The notes below the pieces were generated by a model that was not told the origin of the DNA, ran no database searches, and was given only the letters and a program-made list of their open reading frames with translations. A stretch of 64,000 nucleotides of DNA from Candidatus Cloacimonadales bacterium (GTDB lineage Bacteria; Cloacimonadota; Cloacimonadia; Cloacimonadales; DAONDQ01): positions 1,600,001-1,664,000 of the forward strand of contig OY759316.1 of the NCBI GenBank assembly GCA_963662275.1, in the 5' to 3' direction. Shown in pieces: positions 20,070-29,100 of this stretch (position 1 is the first letter of the stretch; each line of letters opens with the position of its first letter). The position numbers and the translations under genes are program-made.

Positions 20070-21488
20070 ATGAAGAAATTTCTATTAACATTATTTGCCC
20101 TATGTATGCTCAGCGTCCTAATGTGGGCACAGACTGGGGAGCCAGAAATTATTGACTTAAATCAATTGACTTTCGCTCTTGAGTCAAACCAATTGGTTAT
20201 CAGTAATGGCTATGGCTACACCAGAAATACTCTGCCAACTGCATCTCTTTGTCAATTTGATCTCACAACAAGGCAGTCTAATTGGATCAGAAACATTAAT
20301 ACTATTTACAATGGTACGGTCATGGACGGGCATGGGCTAGCACTAACTCCGTCTGGTAATATATGCTATCCCGATGGAGCTGATATTATAGTTGTATCGG
20401 AGCAGAATGAAGTTCTTTGGAGTAGAAGCCTATCCCCCTACCTAACCGGGGGTATTGGTTTTACAATAACTGCCGCTGAGCAATATCTAATAGCTTACAG
20501 TATGGGAAGCGATTTAATACTCCTGGACTATACTACGGGACAAGTAATTAATTATTGGCATATACCAACCTCCGGATTATCCAGTTGCGGTGATCATAGT
20601 GTCTTTGCAGCAGCTGATTCTGTTTTCTATTGTGTTGATGGCATGCCAATGGGAGTCGTCTATAACACGGGGAACAAACTAACCAAAGTCAAAATTGTAA
20701 ACGGAGTCCCTCAAATTATATGGGAGCATGAAACTCCTGACATGAGTGACTCACGTGTTGCTATAGATGGCAATACAATATTCTTTCAGGGTCGTCAAGT
20801 TGATCCGTGGTGCAACAGCATAATTGATGTGATTATTGATGACGGTGAAAGCTATCATTTGAATGCTACAATTGATGTCAGCGGACCAGACAGCGTTACG
20901 ATAGTTAATGGAATGAGGATTTGGAACCACAAGCTACTGGTGGCCACTCAAACTAGGATTGGTGAAGACCCTAATTTCACCGGCGGAAGGTTTGCTAGCA
21001 CAATAGTTTACAATACAAACGGTAGTGTGTATTGGCGAATCAACCAGTATATGTCGCAGTTTTGTGCGAACTACGCTGTCACTTTCAACACCAATACAAT
21101 TTATGTCTTAGGAGCCAGCCGACCAACCTATGAAGGTTGGCAACAACAAGTAATGTGGTTAACTGAGATTAGCGCACCTATATCTATTCATGATCCAATA
21201 ATCCCTTCTATACCTTCTATATTAACTTGTTACCCAAATCCGTTCCGAGGAATTACAAGTATCAAATTTAATCAAATAGAGAATAGCCTTACCACGCTGT
21301 CTGTTTATAACATAAAAGGACAATTAGTCAGAACATTGGTCAGTTCACAGAAATATCAGATTGGCGAACACTCTGTGTCTTGGGATTGTAAATCAGTTTA
21401 CGGTGTGAAGATGACTTCTGGTATTTACTTTATTAAAATCAAATCAGGAGCGAGCATTTCTACAAAGAAAATAGTAATGCTCAAATAG
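20070..21488 (+). CDS. Secreted beta-rich protein with C-terminal FlgD-Ig/T9SS-CTD-like domain
   Basis: MKKFLLTLFALC signal peptide after GAGG; CTD CYPNPFR...VYNIKGQLVRTL...SGIYF...KKIVMLK. Confidence 0.8.
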   Translation: MKKFLLTLFALCMLSVLMWAQTGEPEIIDLNQLTFALESNQLVISNGYGYTRNTLPTASLCQFDLTTRQSNWIRNINTIYNGTVMDGHGLALTPSGNICYPDGADIIVVSEQNEVLWSRSLSPYLTGGIGFTITAAEQYLIAYSMGSDLILLDYTTGQVINYWHIPTSGLSSCGDHSVFAAADSVFYCVDGMPMGVVYNTGNKLTKVKIVNGVPQIIWEHETPDMSDSRVAIDGNTIFFQGRQVDPWCNSIIDVIIDDGESYHLNATIDVSGPDSVTIVNGMRIWNHKLLVATQTRIGEDPNFTGGRFASTIVYNTNGSVYWRINQYMSQFCANYAVTFNTNTIYVLGASRPTYEGWQQQVMWLTEISAPISIHDPIIPSIPSILTCYPNPFRGITSIKFNQIENSLTTLSVYNIKGQLVRTLVSSQKYQIGEHSVSWDCKSVYGVKMTSGIYFIKIKSGASISTKKIVMLK

Positions 21489-21764
21489 GATTCGGTTATA
21501 TATACAGAATTATAATTGCAAACATAGAAAAGATATAGGAATTGATCAATAATACATTTGATAGATTTATTCTAATACTCTATTTGATAATTATCCATGG
21601 TGCCAAAGCTTTGATATAGTCGCTTTCACCGCCCAGACTGTTTGACTTGGTATCCAGTGCCATCTTGATTATCCATTTATAGCGAATGCCATTCTCCCCT
21701 ACTAATTTCTGGGCTGCCAATATCCGGTAGATGTCGCTTAGGTTGATACGAAAATATTATTATC

Positions 21765-22019
21765 AGTAGGATCGGAATCCTACTCCACATAACAGTCATT
21801 AGGATCAGCATCTTACTCGACAACACCGCCCCCCCTACCCCCCTTCTCAGGGGGGGGATTTGGCGGAATTCAGAAGTTCAGAAGAAGAGAATACAGAATC
21901 AAACTTTCTGACCTAAAGGTCACCTCCCTTCACCTGAAGGGAGGAATGGGTCTGCGGACGCTGACCCATTCCAGCTACCAGTTACCAGTTTCTTGCCTTC
22001 TTCCCTTCTGTCCTTCTGC
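21765..22019. repeat. Cluster of REP-like palindromes plus C-rich heptamer arm
   Basis: GTAGGAT..ATCCTAC hairpin, C-run/TTCTCA/G-run hairpin, CCTCCCTTCACCTGAAGGGAGG (inverted near-copy at 51469), CCAGYTA heptamers ending CCTTCTGC. Confidence 0.75.
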
Positions 22020-22143
22020 CTATTCTTTTCACTGGACAATTCTAATTCATTTTTGTCATTTGGTTACTAATGAATAGTAATCAAGACGTGAATGAAAATC
22101 TTAAATCTTCAATCGTAAATTTTAAATAAAATATAGGAGTTGG

Positions 22144-22539
22144 ATGATGAAGTATCTGAAGACTTACCCCGACAAATGCACCGGTTGCCATACGTGTGAG
22201 CAGGTTTGTTCTGAATTGTATTTCAAGGAGAACAATCCAGAAAAGTCCTGCATTCACATTTTAGCGAAAGAAAGTTCATTTGAAATGCAGGTGTGCGAGC
22301 AATGCCAGACCTGTGTCGGAGAATGTCCCACCCAAGCCTTGACGATTACTCCCCAAGGCGTCGTCATGCTGAATAAGAAGCTCTGTATCGGCTGTTATGC
22401 CTGTGTGGCAGTTTGCCCAACCAAGACAATGTTCACTCATCATTCAGGTATCCAACCATTCAAATGTATTGCCTGCGGTGCCTGTGCCAGGAAATGCCCA
22501 TCACAAGCTCTTGAAATTATCACAGGGGAGACAAAATGA
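22144..22539 (+). CDS. Multi-[4Fe-4S] ferredoxin-like subunit
   Basis: Four CxxCxxC-type groups (CTGCHTCEQVC, CEQCQTCVGECP, CIGCYACVAVCP, CIACGACARKCP); overlaps the next gene by ATGA. Confidence 0.9.
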   Translation: MMKYLKTYPDKCTGCHTCEQVCSELYFKENNPEKSCIHILAKESSFEMQVCEQCQTCVGECPTQALTITPQGVVMLNKKLCIGCYACVAVCPTKTMFTHHSGIQPFKCIACGACARKCPSQALEIITGETK

Positions 22540-24698
22540 GTCATTATACCATTGCGGAAATGAAGGCAAAGCATAAGATTCTTGCTGAATATAAATACGA
22601 ACTGCGTCCGGTCATCAAAGGCTATAACAGACGTACGCTGCACATTGACCTGACCACGAAGACGATCACTGAAAAGCCTGTATCCGATGATATGATAGAT
22701 CGATTTACAGGTGGTAAGGGTTTTGACCTCAAACTAATGTGGGATGCCGTGAAGGATACCACCCAGTGGAATGATCCTGAAAATGAAATCTGTATTGCCT
22801 TCGGTCCTGTTTGCGGTAACACCAACTATCCGGGTTCGGGGAAATCCATCGTTACTACGATCTCTCCTTTAACAGGGATTCCTGTTGATTGTAACGTTGG
22901 TGGACACTTTGGTCCTTATACGAAGTTCGCTGGTTTTGATGCTCTTGAACTGCAAGGAAAAGCGGATGAGGATGTCATCGTTTATCTCGACGGAGATGCA
23001 GGTCTGATCCAGATTATGACAGCTCCCCTGGAAGCCATCGACAGCCATGTTGTGGCAGAGCAGTTCATCGAACAGTTTGCCGATTCACCTGACAAGAAGC
23101 AGTGCGTTTCTGTGGTTTCCGCAGGACGTGGTGCTGAAAATACATTCATCTCCTGCCTCAATTTCTCCTTTTATGACAAACGCCGTGAAGCTGCCCGTTT
23201 GAAACAGGCTGGTCGTGGTGGTACTGGTCGTGTATTCCGTGATAAGGGTCTGAAAGCTCTCGTCGTGAAATATAGCGGTCTTAAGAGTGATTCTAATAAT
23301 CCTGTCGATCTTCCCACACTCCAGAAGACAGGACTCAAGCTGCATAAGGAAATCATTGAAAATGACGATAGTCAGTGTAAAATGCGCCAGATGGGTACTG
23401 CACACTTGGTCGAGATCATGAACGATTATGACCTGCTTCCTGTGAAGAACTTTAAGTATGGACAGCATCCCGATGCTAAGAACCTGGCTTCCTGGGAATG
23501 GAAGAAGCTTTTTACTCAAAATATGCCCGATGGCTGCTGGTTCGGTTGCACGATGGCTTGCTGCAAGGCGGTCGATGAATTCGAACTGAGGACAGGTCCG
23601 TACAAAGGCGATAAAGTAGTTGTTGATGGTCCTGAATACGAAACAGTAGGCGGATGCGGTTCCAATATCTGTGTTTTCAATGCCAGGGATGTTGTGGAAA
23701 TCAACTTCTATTGCGACACATACGGTATCGACACAATCTCCTTCGGTACGACCACTGCTTTTGTGATGGAATGCTATGAATACGGTATTTTGAACCTGGA
23801 GCGCACCGGTGGTCTTGACTTCACTTGGGGCAATAGTGATGCTGTATTGGAACTGCTTCATCAGATGGCTCGCGGAGAAGGTTTTGGTATGAAAGCCGGT
23901 TTAGGTGTCCGACAGTTGCGTGACTACCTCGTGAAAGAATATGGAGCTGATTACAAACAGCTCAAAGATATGGGAATGGAAGCGAAAGGCTTGGAATACT
24001 CCCAGTATATGTCCAAGGAATCGCTTGCCCAGCAGGGTGGCTATACGCTCGCCCTGAAAGGTCCACAGCATGACGAAGCCTGGCTGATCTTCATGGATAT
24101 GGTGAATAACCGTATTCCCACTTTCGAAGATAAAGCCGAAGCGCTTCACTACTTCCCGATGTTCCGTACCTGGTTCGGATTGCAGGGCTTGTGCAAACTT
24201 CCCTGGAATGATATTGAACCTGTGAATAATGCAGAGACCTCTGAACCTGCCAAGGTTCCTGAACATGTGGAAAACTATCTGACAATATATGAAGCAATTA
24301 CGGGTAAACACCTGACGAAAGAAGAAATGATTCTTCAATCTGAACGAGTCTATAATTTCCAGAAAGTATTCTGTATGCGTATGGGTAAAGGCAGAAGGGA
24401 AGATGACAGACCACCGTATCGTGCCGTGGGTCCTGTTACAGAGGAAGAATATCTTTCCCGCCAGGAACGCTATGATAAGCATATCACTGAAAAACTTGGA
24501 CTGGATCCGACAACGATGACCACTGTTGAAAAGATGGCAAAGCTTCGTGCCTATCGTGAAGACCAGTACGAACAGCTCATCGACGCCGTTTACAAACGCA
24601 AGGGCTGGAATAAGGAAGGTGTGCCTACCATTGAACATCTGAAGAAGATAGGCATGGATCTGCCGGAAGTGCTGGAAGTCGTGAAAAGATATTTATAA
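22536..24698 (+). CDS. Aldehyde:ferredoxin oxidoreductase family (tungstopterin) enzyme
   Basis: ISPLTG, GGHFGP..KFAGFDA, AGRGGTGRVF..KGLKA, CWFGCTMAC, GPEYET, CDTYGIDTIS, GLCK and Y.RKGW..EGVPT motifs. Confidence 0.9.
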   Translation: MSHYTIAEMKAKHKILAEYKYELRPVIKGYNRRTLHIDLTTKTITEKPVSDDMIDRFTGGKGFDLKLMWDAVKDTTQWNDPENEICIAFGPVCGNTNYPGSGKSIVTTISPLTGIPVDCNVGGHFGPYTKFAGFDALELQGKADEDVIVYLDGDAGLIQIMTAPLEAIDSHVVAEQFIEQFADSPDKKQCVSVVSAGRGAENTFISCLNFSFYDKRREAARLKQAGRGGTGRVFRDKGLKALVVKYSGLKSDSNNPVDLPTLQKTGLKLHKEIIENDDSQCKMRQMGTAHLVEIMNDYDLLPVKNFKYGQHPDAKNLASWEWKKLFTQNMPDGCWFGCTMACCKAVDEFELRTGPYKGDKVVVDGPEYETVGGCGSNICVFNARDVVEINFYCDTYGIDTISFGTTTAFVMECYEYGILNLERTGGLDFTWGNSDAVLELLHQMARGEGFGMKAGLGVRQLRDYLVKEYGADYKQLKDMGMEAKGLEYSQYMSKESLAQQGGYTLALKGPQHDEAWLIFMDMVNNRIPTFEDKAEALHYFPMFRTWFGLQGLCKLPWNDIEPVNNAETSEPAKVPEHVENYLTIYEAITGKHLTKEEMILQSERVYNFQKVFCMRMGKGRREDDRPPYRAVGPVTEEEYLSRQERYDKHITEKLGLDPTTMTTVEKMAKLRAYREDQYEQLIDAVYKRKGWNKEGVPTIEHLKKIGMDLPEVLEVVKRYL

Positions 24699-24734
24699 TG
24701 AAATTGTAAAATCTTATTCATAAGATTTATATAT

Positions 24735-24763
24735 GACGCCATCTCGTAAGAGGTGGCGTTTTT
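24735..24763 (+). terminator. Intrinsic terminator after the oxidoreductase
   Basis: GACGCCATCTC-gtaa-GAGGTGGCGTT plus T run. Confidence 0.8.
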
Positions 24764-24944
24764 AATCATTTATTCAGCAGGGAGAGGATATCCTGCTTTG
24801 CTTCAACATATAATACTTTACTAACAAAATACATTGAGCAATAATGAAATAATATTTATGTTTGGAATAAGATTTTCATTATATGAGTTCATGTTAGTCG
24901 ATGTTCATATTTAGTTTGATTCTTCCTTACTATCCTGTGGAGGG

Positions 24945-26921
24945 ATGATGAAAAGAAAGATATTTATTATACTGTTTGTGAGCTTGGTAGCAACTTTGTG
25001 TGCACAAGAAAGTGGGTATTTAATGAGTTGGGGTGAATTAAAAGGAGGAACACCTGGTGATGAAATATCAAGCATATCAGCTGGTTCTCAATTTAGTTTA
25101 GTCTTAAAAACAGACGGTTCATTGGCTGCATGGGGATTGAATGCTTCAGGAGAATGTGATGTTCCATCAGGTAACAATTACATTGCTATTTCCGTTGGTG
25201 GGTCACATGCTTTAGCACTACGGAATGATGGATCAATTATCGCATGGGGATCCAATTACTATGGAGAATGTGATGTCCCACCTGGTAATGATTTTCAAGC
25301 TATTGCAGCAGGCATGAATCACAGCCTTGCCCTTAGAACGGATGGTACACTTGCCGCATGGGGAGATAGCGAAGAAATGCTGAATTGGGCTCCTCCTGGT
25401 AATAACTTCATTTCTATTTCAGCAGGTACATATTTCAACATGGCTCTAAAAGCAGATAGCACATTCATAGTTTGGGGTCAATATTACAATGATCTTCCCG
25501 GAAATGATTATAAAGCAATTTCTGCTGGATATCATCACTATCTTGCTATAAAAGTGGATGGCTCACTCGCTGCTTGGGGTGAAAATAGTGTAGGTCAATG
25601 TAATGTCCCTCCCGGTAATGATTATGTGGCAATTGTAGCTGGAGGTTTGGAATACAACCACGATGGCATATATGAACAAACAGGTTATAGCCTAGCCCTC
25701 AAATCGGATGGTTCAATCGTAGCTTGGGGGAGTAATAATGTAGGTCAATGCAACGTTCCTGAGGGGAATGATTACACGCAGATCTCCGGTGGTTGGTACC
25801 ATGGATTAGCTTTAAAATCTAATCATTCGATGGTTTCCTGGGGGCTCAATAATATGCATCAAAATATCAATTCTGATAATAATTATGTTATGGTATCTGC
25901 GGGTTATTTTCATTGTCTTGCTCTCAAATCAGATGGTTCGCTAGAGGCATGGGGCAGCAGTAGTAATGGTGCATGTGATGTCCCTGATGGTAACAATTAT
26001 ATAGCAATAGCTGCTAGTGGGAGTTCTAATATTGTATTAAGATCAGATGGATCGTTATTTGGTTGGGGTTACGACGGAGCTGGACAGATTGCGGGTATTC
26101 CTTCAGGGAATAATTTTGTTGCAATCGCTGCTGGGGGAGATCACGCTATTGCACTGAAATCGGATGGTTCAATTGTCACATGGGGGTCCATCCGTACATA
26201 TCCCTCTGGTAATGATTTCATCGCAATAGCATCTGGATGGGAGTGTAATCTAGCCCTAAGATCAAACGGTACTGTCCTTGCATGGGGGTTGAATCAATCA
26301 GGCGAATGTAATGTCCCAACGGGTATTTTATGTACTTCCATAGCTGCTGGTTACTGTCATTGTCTAGCTTTGAAGGCAGATAGTTCTCTTGTTGCCTGGG
26401 GATCCAATTTTAACGGAGAAAGAGATGTTCCACCTGGTAATGATTATATTGCTATTTCAGCAGGTGGTTCATATAGTGTTGCACAGAAATCTGATGGATC
26501 ATTAGTTGTTTGGGGTTCACATGCTTATGGTTTAACTGATATACCTGCAAGAAATGATTTTATTGCTTTTTCTGCCGGAACGTATTTTTTAGCAACTCTT
26601 GTTCGTAATGAACCCGTTCATAATGATGAAGAAATTCCAATTCCTATAGCTACTTCCCATATTAGCGCTTATCCCAATCCTTTTTTTTCTTCTGGAACAC
26701 TTACTATTGAAACGACATTGAAAGCTCATGAGAAAGGAACAATCACGATATATAATATAAAAGGTCAAAAAGTAAAATCGTTCGAGGTTAATTCCATCAA
26801 TTCCAGAGTTAATTGGAATGGCAAGGACGAATGCAATCAAACTTGTTCTTCGGGAATTTATCTATATCGGTTAATTACTAACTCTATCAAAGAGACCAAG
26901 AAATTAATCATGTTAAAATAG
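24945..26921 (+). CDS. Secreted RCC1-repeat protein with CTD
   Basis: Signal peptide; 14 repeats of about 39 aa (IAISAG..HSLALKSDGSL.AWG.N..GQC.VP); CTD AYPNPFF. Confidence 0.88.
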   Translation: MMKRKIFIILFVSLVATLCAQESGYLMSWGELKGGTPGDEISSISAGSQFSLVLKTDGSLAAWGLNASGECDVPSGNNYIAISVGGSHALALRNDGSIIAWGSNYYGECDVPPGNDFQAIAAGMNHSLALRTDGTLAAWGDSEEMLNWAPPGNNFISISAGTYFNMALKADSTFIVWGQYYNDLPGNDYKAISAGYHHYLAIKVDGSLAAWGENSVGQCNVPPGNDYVAIVAGGLEYNHDGIYEQTGYSLALKSDGSIVAWGSNNVGQCNVPEGNDYTQISGGWYHGLALKSNHSMVSWGLNNMHQNINSDNNYVMVSAGYFHCLALKSDGSLEAWGSSSNGACDVPDGNNYIAIAASGSSNIVLRSDGSLFGWGYDGAGQIAGIPSGNNFVAIAAGGDHAIALKSDGSIVTWGSIRTYPSGNDFIAIASGWECNLALRSNGTVLAWGLNQSGECNVPTGILCTSIAAGYCHCLALKADSSLVAWGSNFNGERDVPPGNDYIAISAGGSYSVAQKSDGSLVVWGSHAYGLTDIPARNDFIAFSAGTYFLATLVRNEPVHNDEEIPIPIATSHISAYPNPFFSSGTLTIETTLKAHEKGTITIYNIKGQKVKSFEVNSINSRVNWNGKDECNQTCSSGIYLYRLITNSIKETKKLIMLK

Positions 26922-26931
26922 AAGGGAAGCA

Positions 26932-28887
26932 ATGAAGAAAAAAATAGTACTGATTCTTTATGCATTAATTTTTTCAATAGGTTTGATGGCTCAGGTTGAT
27001 ACAGGTTATTTGATGTCCTGGGGTGGAATCGTCAGTACTTACCCAGGAAATAATATTGTTAAGATAGCTGCAGGGGGGTATAATAGTCTAGCATTAAAGA
27101 GCAACGGTAGATTATCGGCATGGGGATACAATTTCGATAATCAATGTAGTATTCCCAATGATAATTTGATTAAAATAGCAGCAGGATATTCACATTGTAT
27201 TGCCTTAAAATCAGATAATTCCCTAATAGCGTGGGGGAAAAATGAAACTGGGCAATGTAATGTTCCTTCCGGAAATAACTTCATATCCGTTGCAGCTGGG
27301 CTAGGGCACAGTATAGCGTTAAGATCAGATGGTTCTCTTGTACAATGGGGATCTTGGGATAGTAATGTGCCACTAGGTAATGATTTTGTAGAAATTGCAG
27401 CCAGTTGGAATTATAACCTTGCTTTGAAAACAGATGGTTCAATTGTAGCTTGGGGATATAACAATAATGTGCAGGATAATATACCCATGGGAAATGACTA
27501 TGTTGCGATTTCAGCTGGGCGATTTCAATGTCTTGCTCTTAAATCAGATGGTTCTCTTGTTGGATGGGGAGATAATTCATATGGTCAATCATACGTTCCA
27601 ACAGGTAACAATTTCATTGCAATTTCGTCAGGCGAGCAGTTTGATCTTGCTTTGAAATCGGATGGTTCATTGGTTGCTTGGGGAGAAAATCACTATGGAC
27701 AATGTAATGTCCCAACGGGTAATGGTTATATTTCTATAAGTTCTGGTTATTTTCATAGCTTGGCATTAAAGTCTGATGGTACAGTTGTGGCTTGGGGAAA
27801 TAATGATCAATGTCAATGCGATCTATTGTTTTCTAATGACAATAGATCAATTGTTAGCAGGGGTGCTCATAATCTTGCATTAAAATTAGATGGATCTCTT
27901 AAGGCAACTGGAGATAACTTTTACGGAGAAGCTGATGTTCCCCAGGGAAATGACTTCGTTTCAATCGCTGTTGGTGAAAGACATGATCTGGCTTTAAAAT
28001 CTGATGGGACAATTCTTGCATGGGGTTCTAATGTTAACGGAGTAAACAATGCTCCTTTGGGAAACACTTATTCAGCTATTGCTGCAGGATATTATCATAA
28101 TCTTGCTATAAAAACTGATGGATCGTTGATTGGCTGGGGAGACAACGGTGATGGAGAATGCGATGTACCTCCAGGAAACGACTTTACTGCCATTGCAGGA
28201 GGAAATTCATTCAGCTTAGCTCTTAGAATTGATGGTTCTATTACTGCTTGGGGTCTAAATGATAACAGCCAATGTAATTGTCCGTTTGGTAATGATTTTG
28301 TAGCTTTAGCAGCTGGGTACAATTTTAGTGTAGCATTAAAATCAGACGGTACTCTTACAGCATGGGGAAATAACGACGATGGTCAATGTAATGTCCCTAT
28401 TGGAGATGATTACATATCTATAACAGTGGGTGATTATCACTGTCTCGCTCTGAAAAGTGATGGGACTGTTATTGCATGGGGGAGAAATGATCATGGACAA
28501 TGTTCAGTGCCAGAAAGAAATGATTTTATAGCGATCTCTGCCGGAGGGTCATATTCTGCAGCTTTAGTTAGGAATTTGCCAGTTCTCAACAATGATGAAA
28601 CTCACATACCAATCATTTCCTCCAGGGTTAGTGCTTATCCCAATCCTTTTGTACAATCTCATATTCTGACAATAGAAGCAAATATTAAAACAAATGAGAG
28701 AGGAACTATATGTATCTATAATATCAAAGGGCAAAAAGTAAAATCGTTTGATGTTAATTCCATGCATTCAAAAGTAACCTGGAATGGTAGAAACGAGCGA
28801 AATCAGCCATATTCTTCTGGAATTTATGTGTATAAGCTGATAACTCCTTCATGCCATGAAACAAAGAAATTGGTCATAATGAAGTAA
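26932..28887 (+). CDS. Secreted RCC1-repeat protein with CTD (tandem paralog)
   Basis: Same architecture, 14 repeats; shared GYLMSWG start, RNDFIA end and a very similar CTD. Confidence 0.88.
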   Translation: MKKKIVLILYALIFSIGLMAQVDTGYLMSWGGIVSTYPGNNIVKIAAGGYNSLALKSNGRLSAWGYNFDNQCSIPNDNLIKIAAGYSHCIALKSDNSLIAWGKNETGQCNVPSGNNFISVAAGLGHSIALRSDGSLVQWGSWDSNVPLGNDFVEIAASWNYNLALKTDGSIVAWGYNNNVQDNIPMGNDYVAISAGRFQCLALKSDGSLVGWGDNSYGQSYVPTGNNFIAISSGEQFDLALKSDGSLVAWGENHYGQCNVPTGNGYISISSGYFHSLALKSDGTVVAWGNNDQCQCDLLFSNDNRSIVSRGAHNLALKLDGSLKATGDNFYGEADVPQGNDFVSIAVGERHDLALKSDGTILAWGSNVNGVNNAPLGNTYSAIAAGYYHNLAIKTDGSLIGWGDNGDGECDVPPGNDFTAIAGGNSFSLALRIDGSITAWGLNDNSQCNCPFGNDFVALAAGYNFSVALKSDGTLTAWGNNDDGQCNVPIGDDYISITVGDYHCLALKSDGTVIAWGRNDHGQCSVPERNDFIAISAGGSYSAALVRNLPVLNNDETHIPIISSRVSAYPNPFVQSHILTIEANIKTNERGTICIYNIKGQKVKSFDVNSMHSKVTWNGRNERNQPYSSGIYVYKLITPSCHETKKLVIMK

Positions 28888-29100
28888 AGATGTTCATCCT
28901 TCATTCCCCCTAGGACAAGGGAGATAAAAGGAAATTGTTGACAAGATTTTAATATTGTATGTATTCGCAATCTAGAGATGTGGATTTCAGCTATTTAGTG
29001 ATTGATATGAGTTGTTGTTTATTGTATATCAGTCAGTTAGTAAATACTGTTACACACAAGTCAAGATATGGAACATTAGTACATAAATAACTAGGAGGCT

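Noticed and set aside
21580..21755. Open minus-strand frame of about 57 codons (FRINLSDIYRIL...)
   Set aside because: No start codon or RBS at its beginning and no recognisable motif; it may be a gene remnant but cannot be supported
23085..24638. Long antisense ORFs (258 and 245 aa) within the oxidoreductase
   Set aside because: Shadow frames expected from biased codon usage on the sense strand; no motifs
24945..28887. Diversity-generating retroelement acting on the repeat proteins
   Set aside because: No reverse transcriptase, and I saw no template/variable repeat pair differing only at adenines
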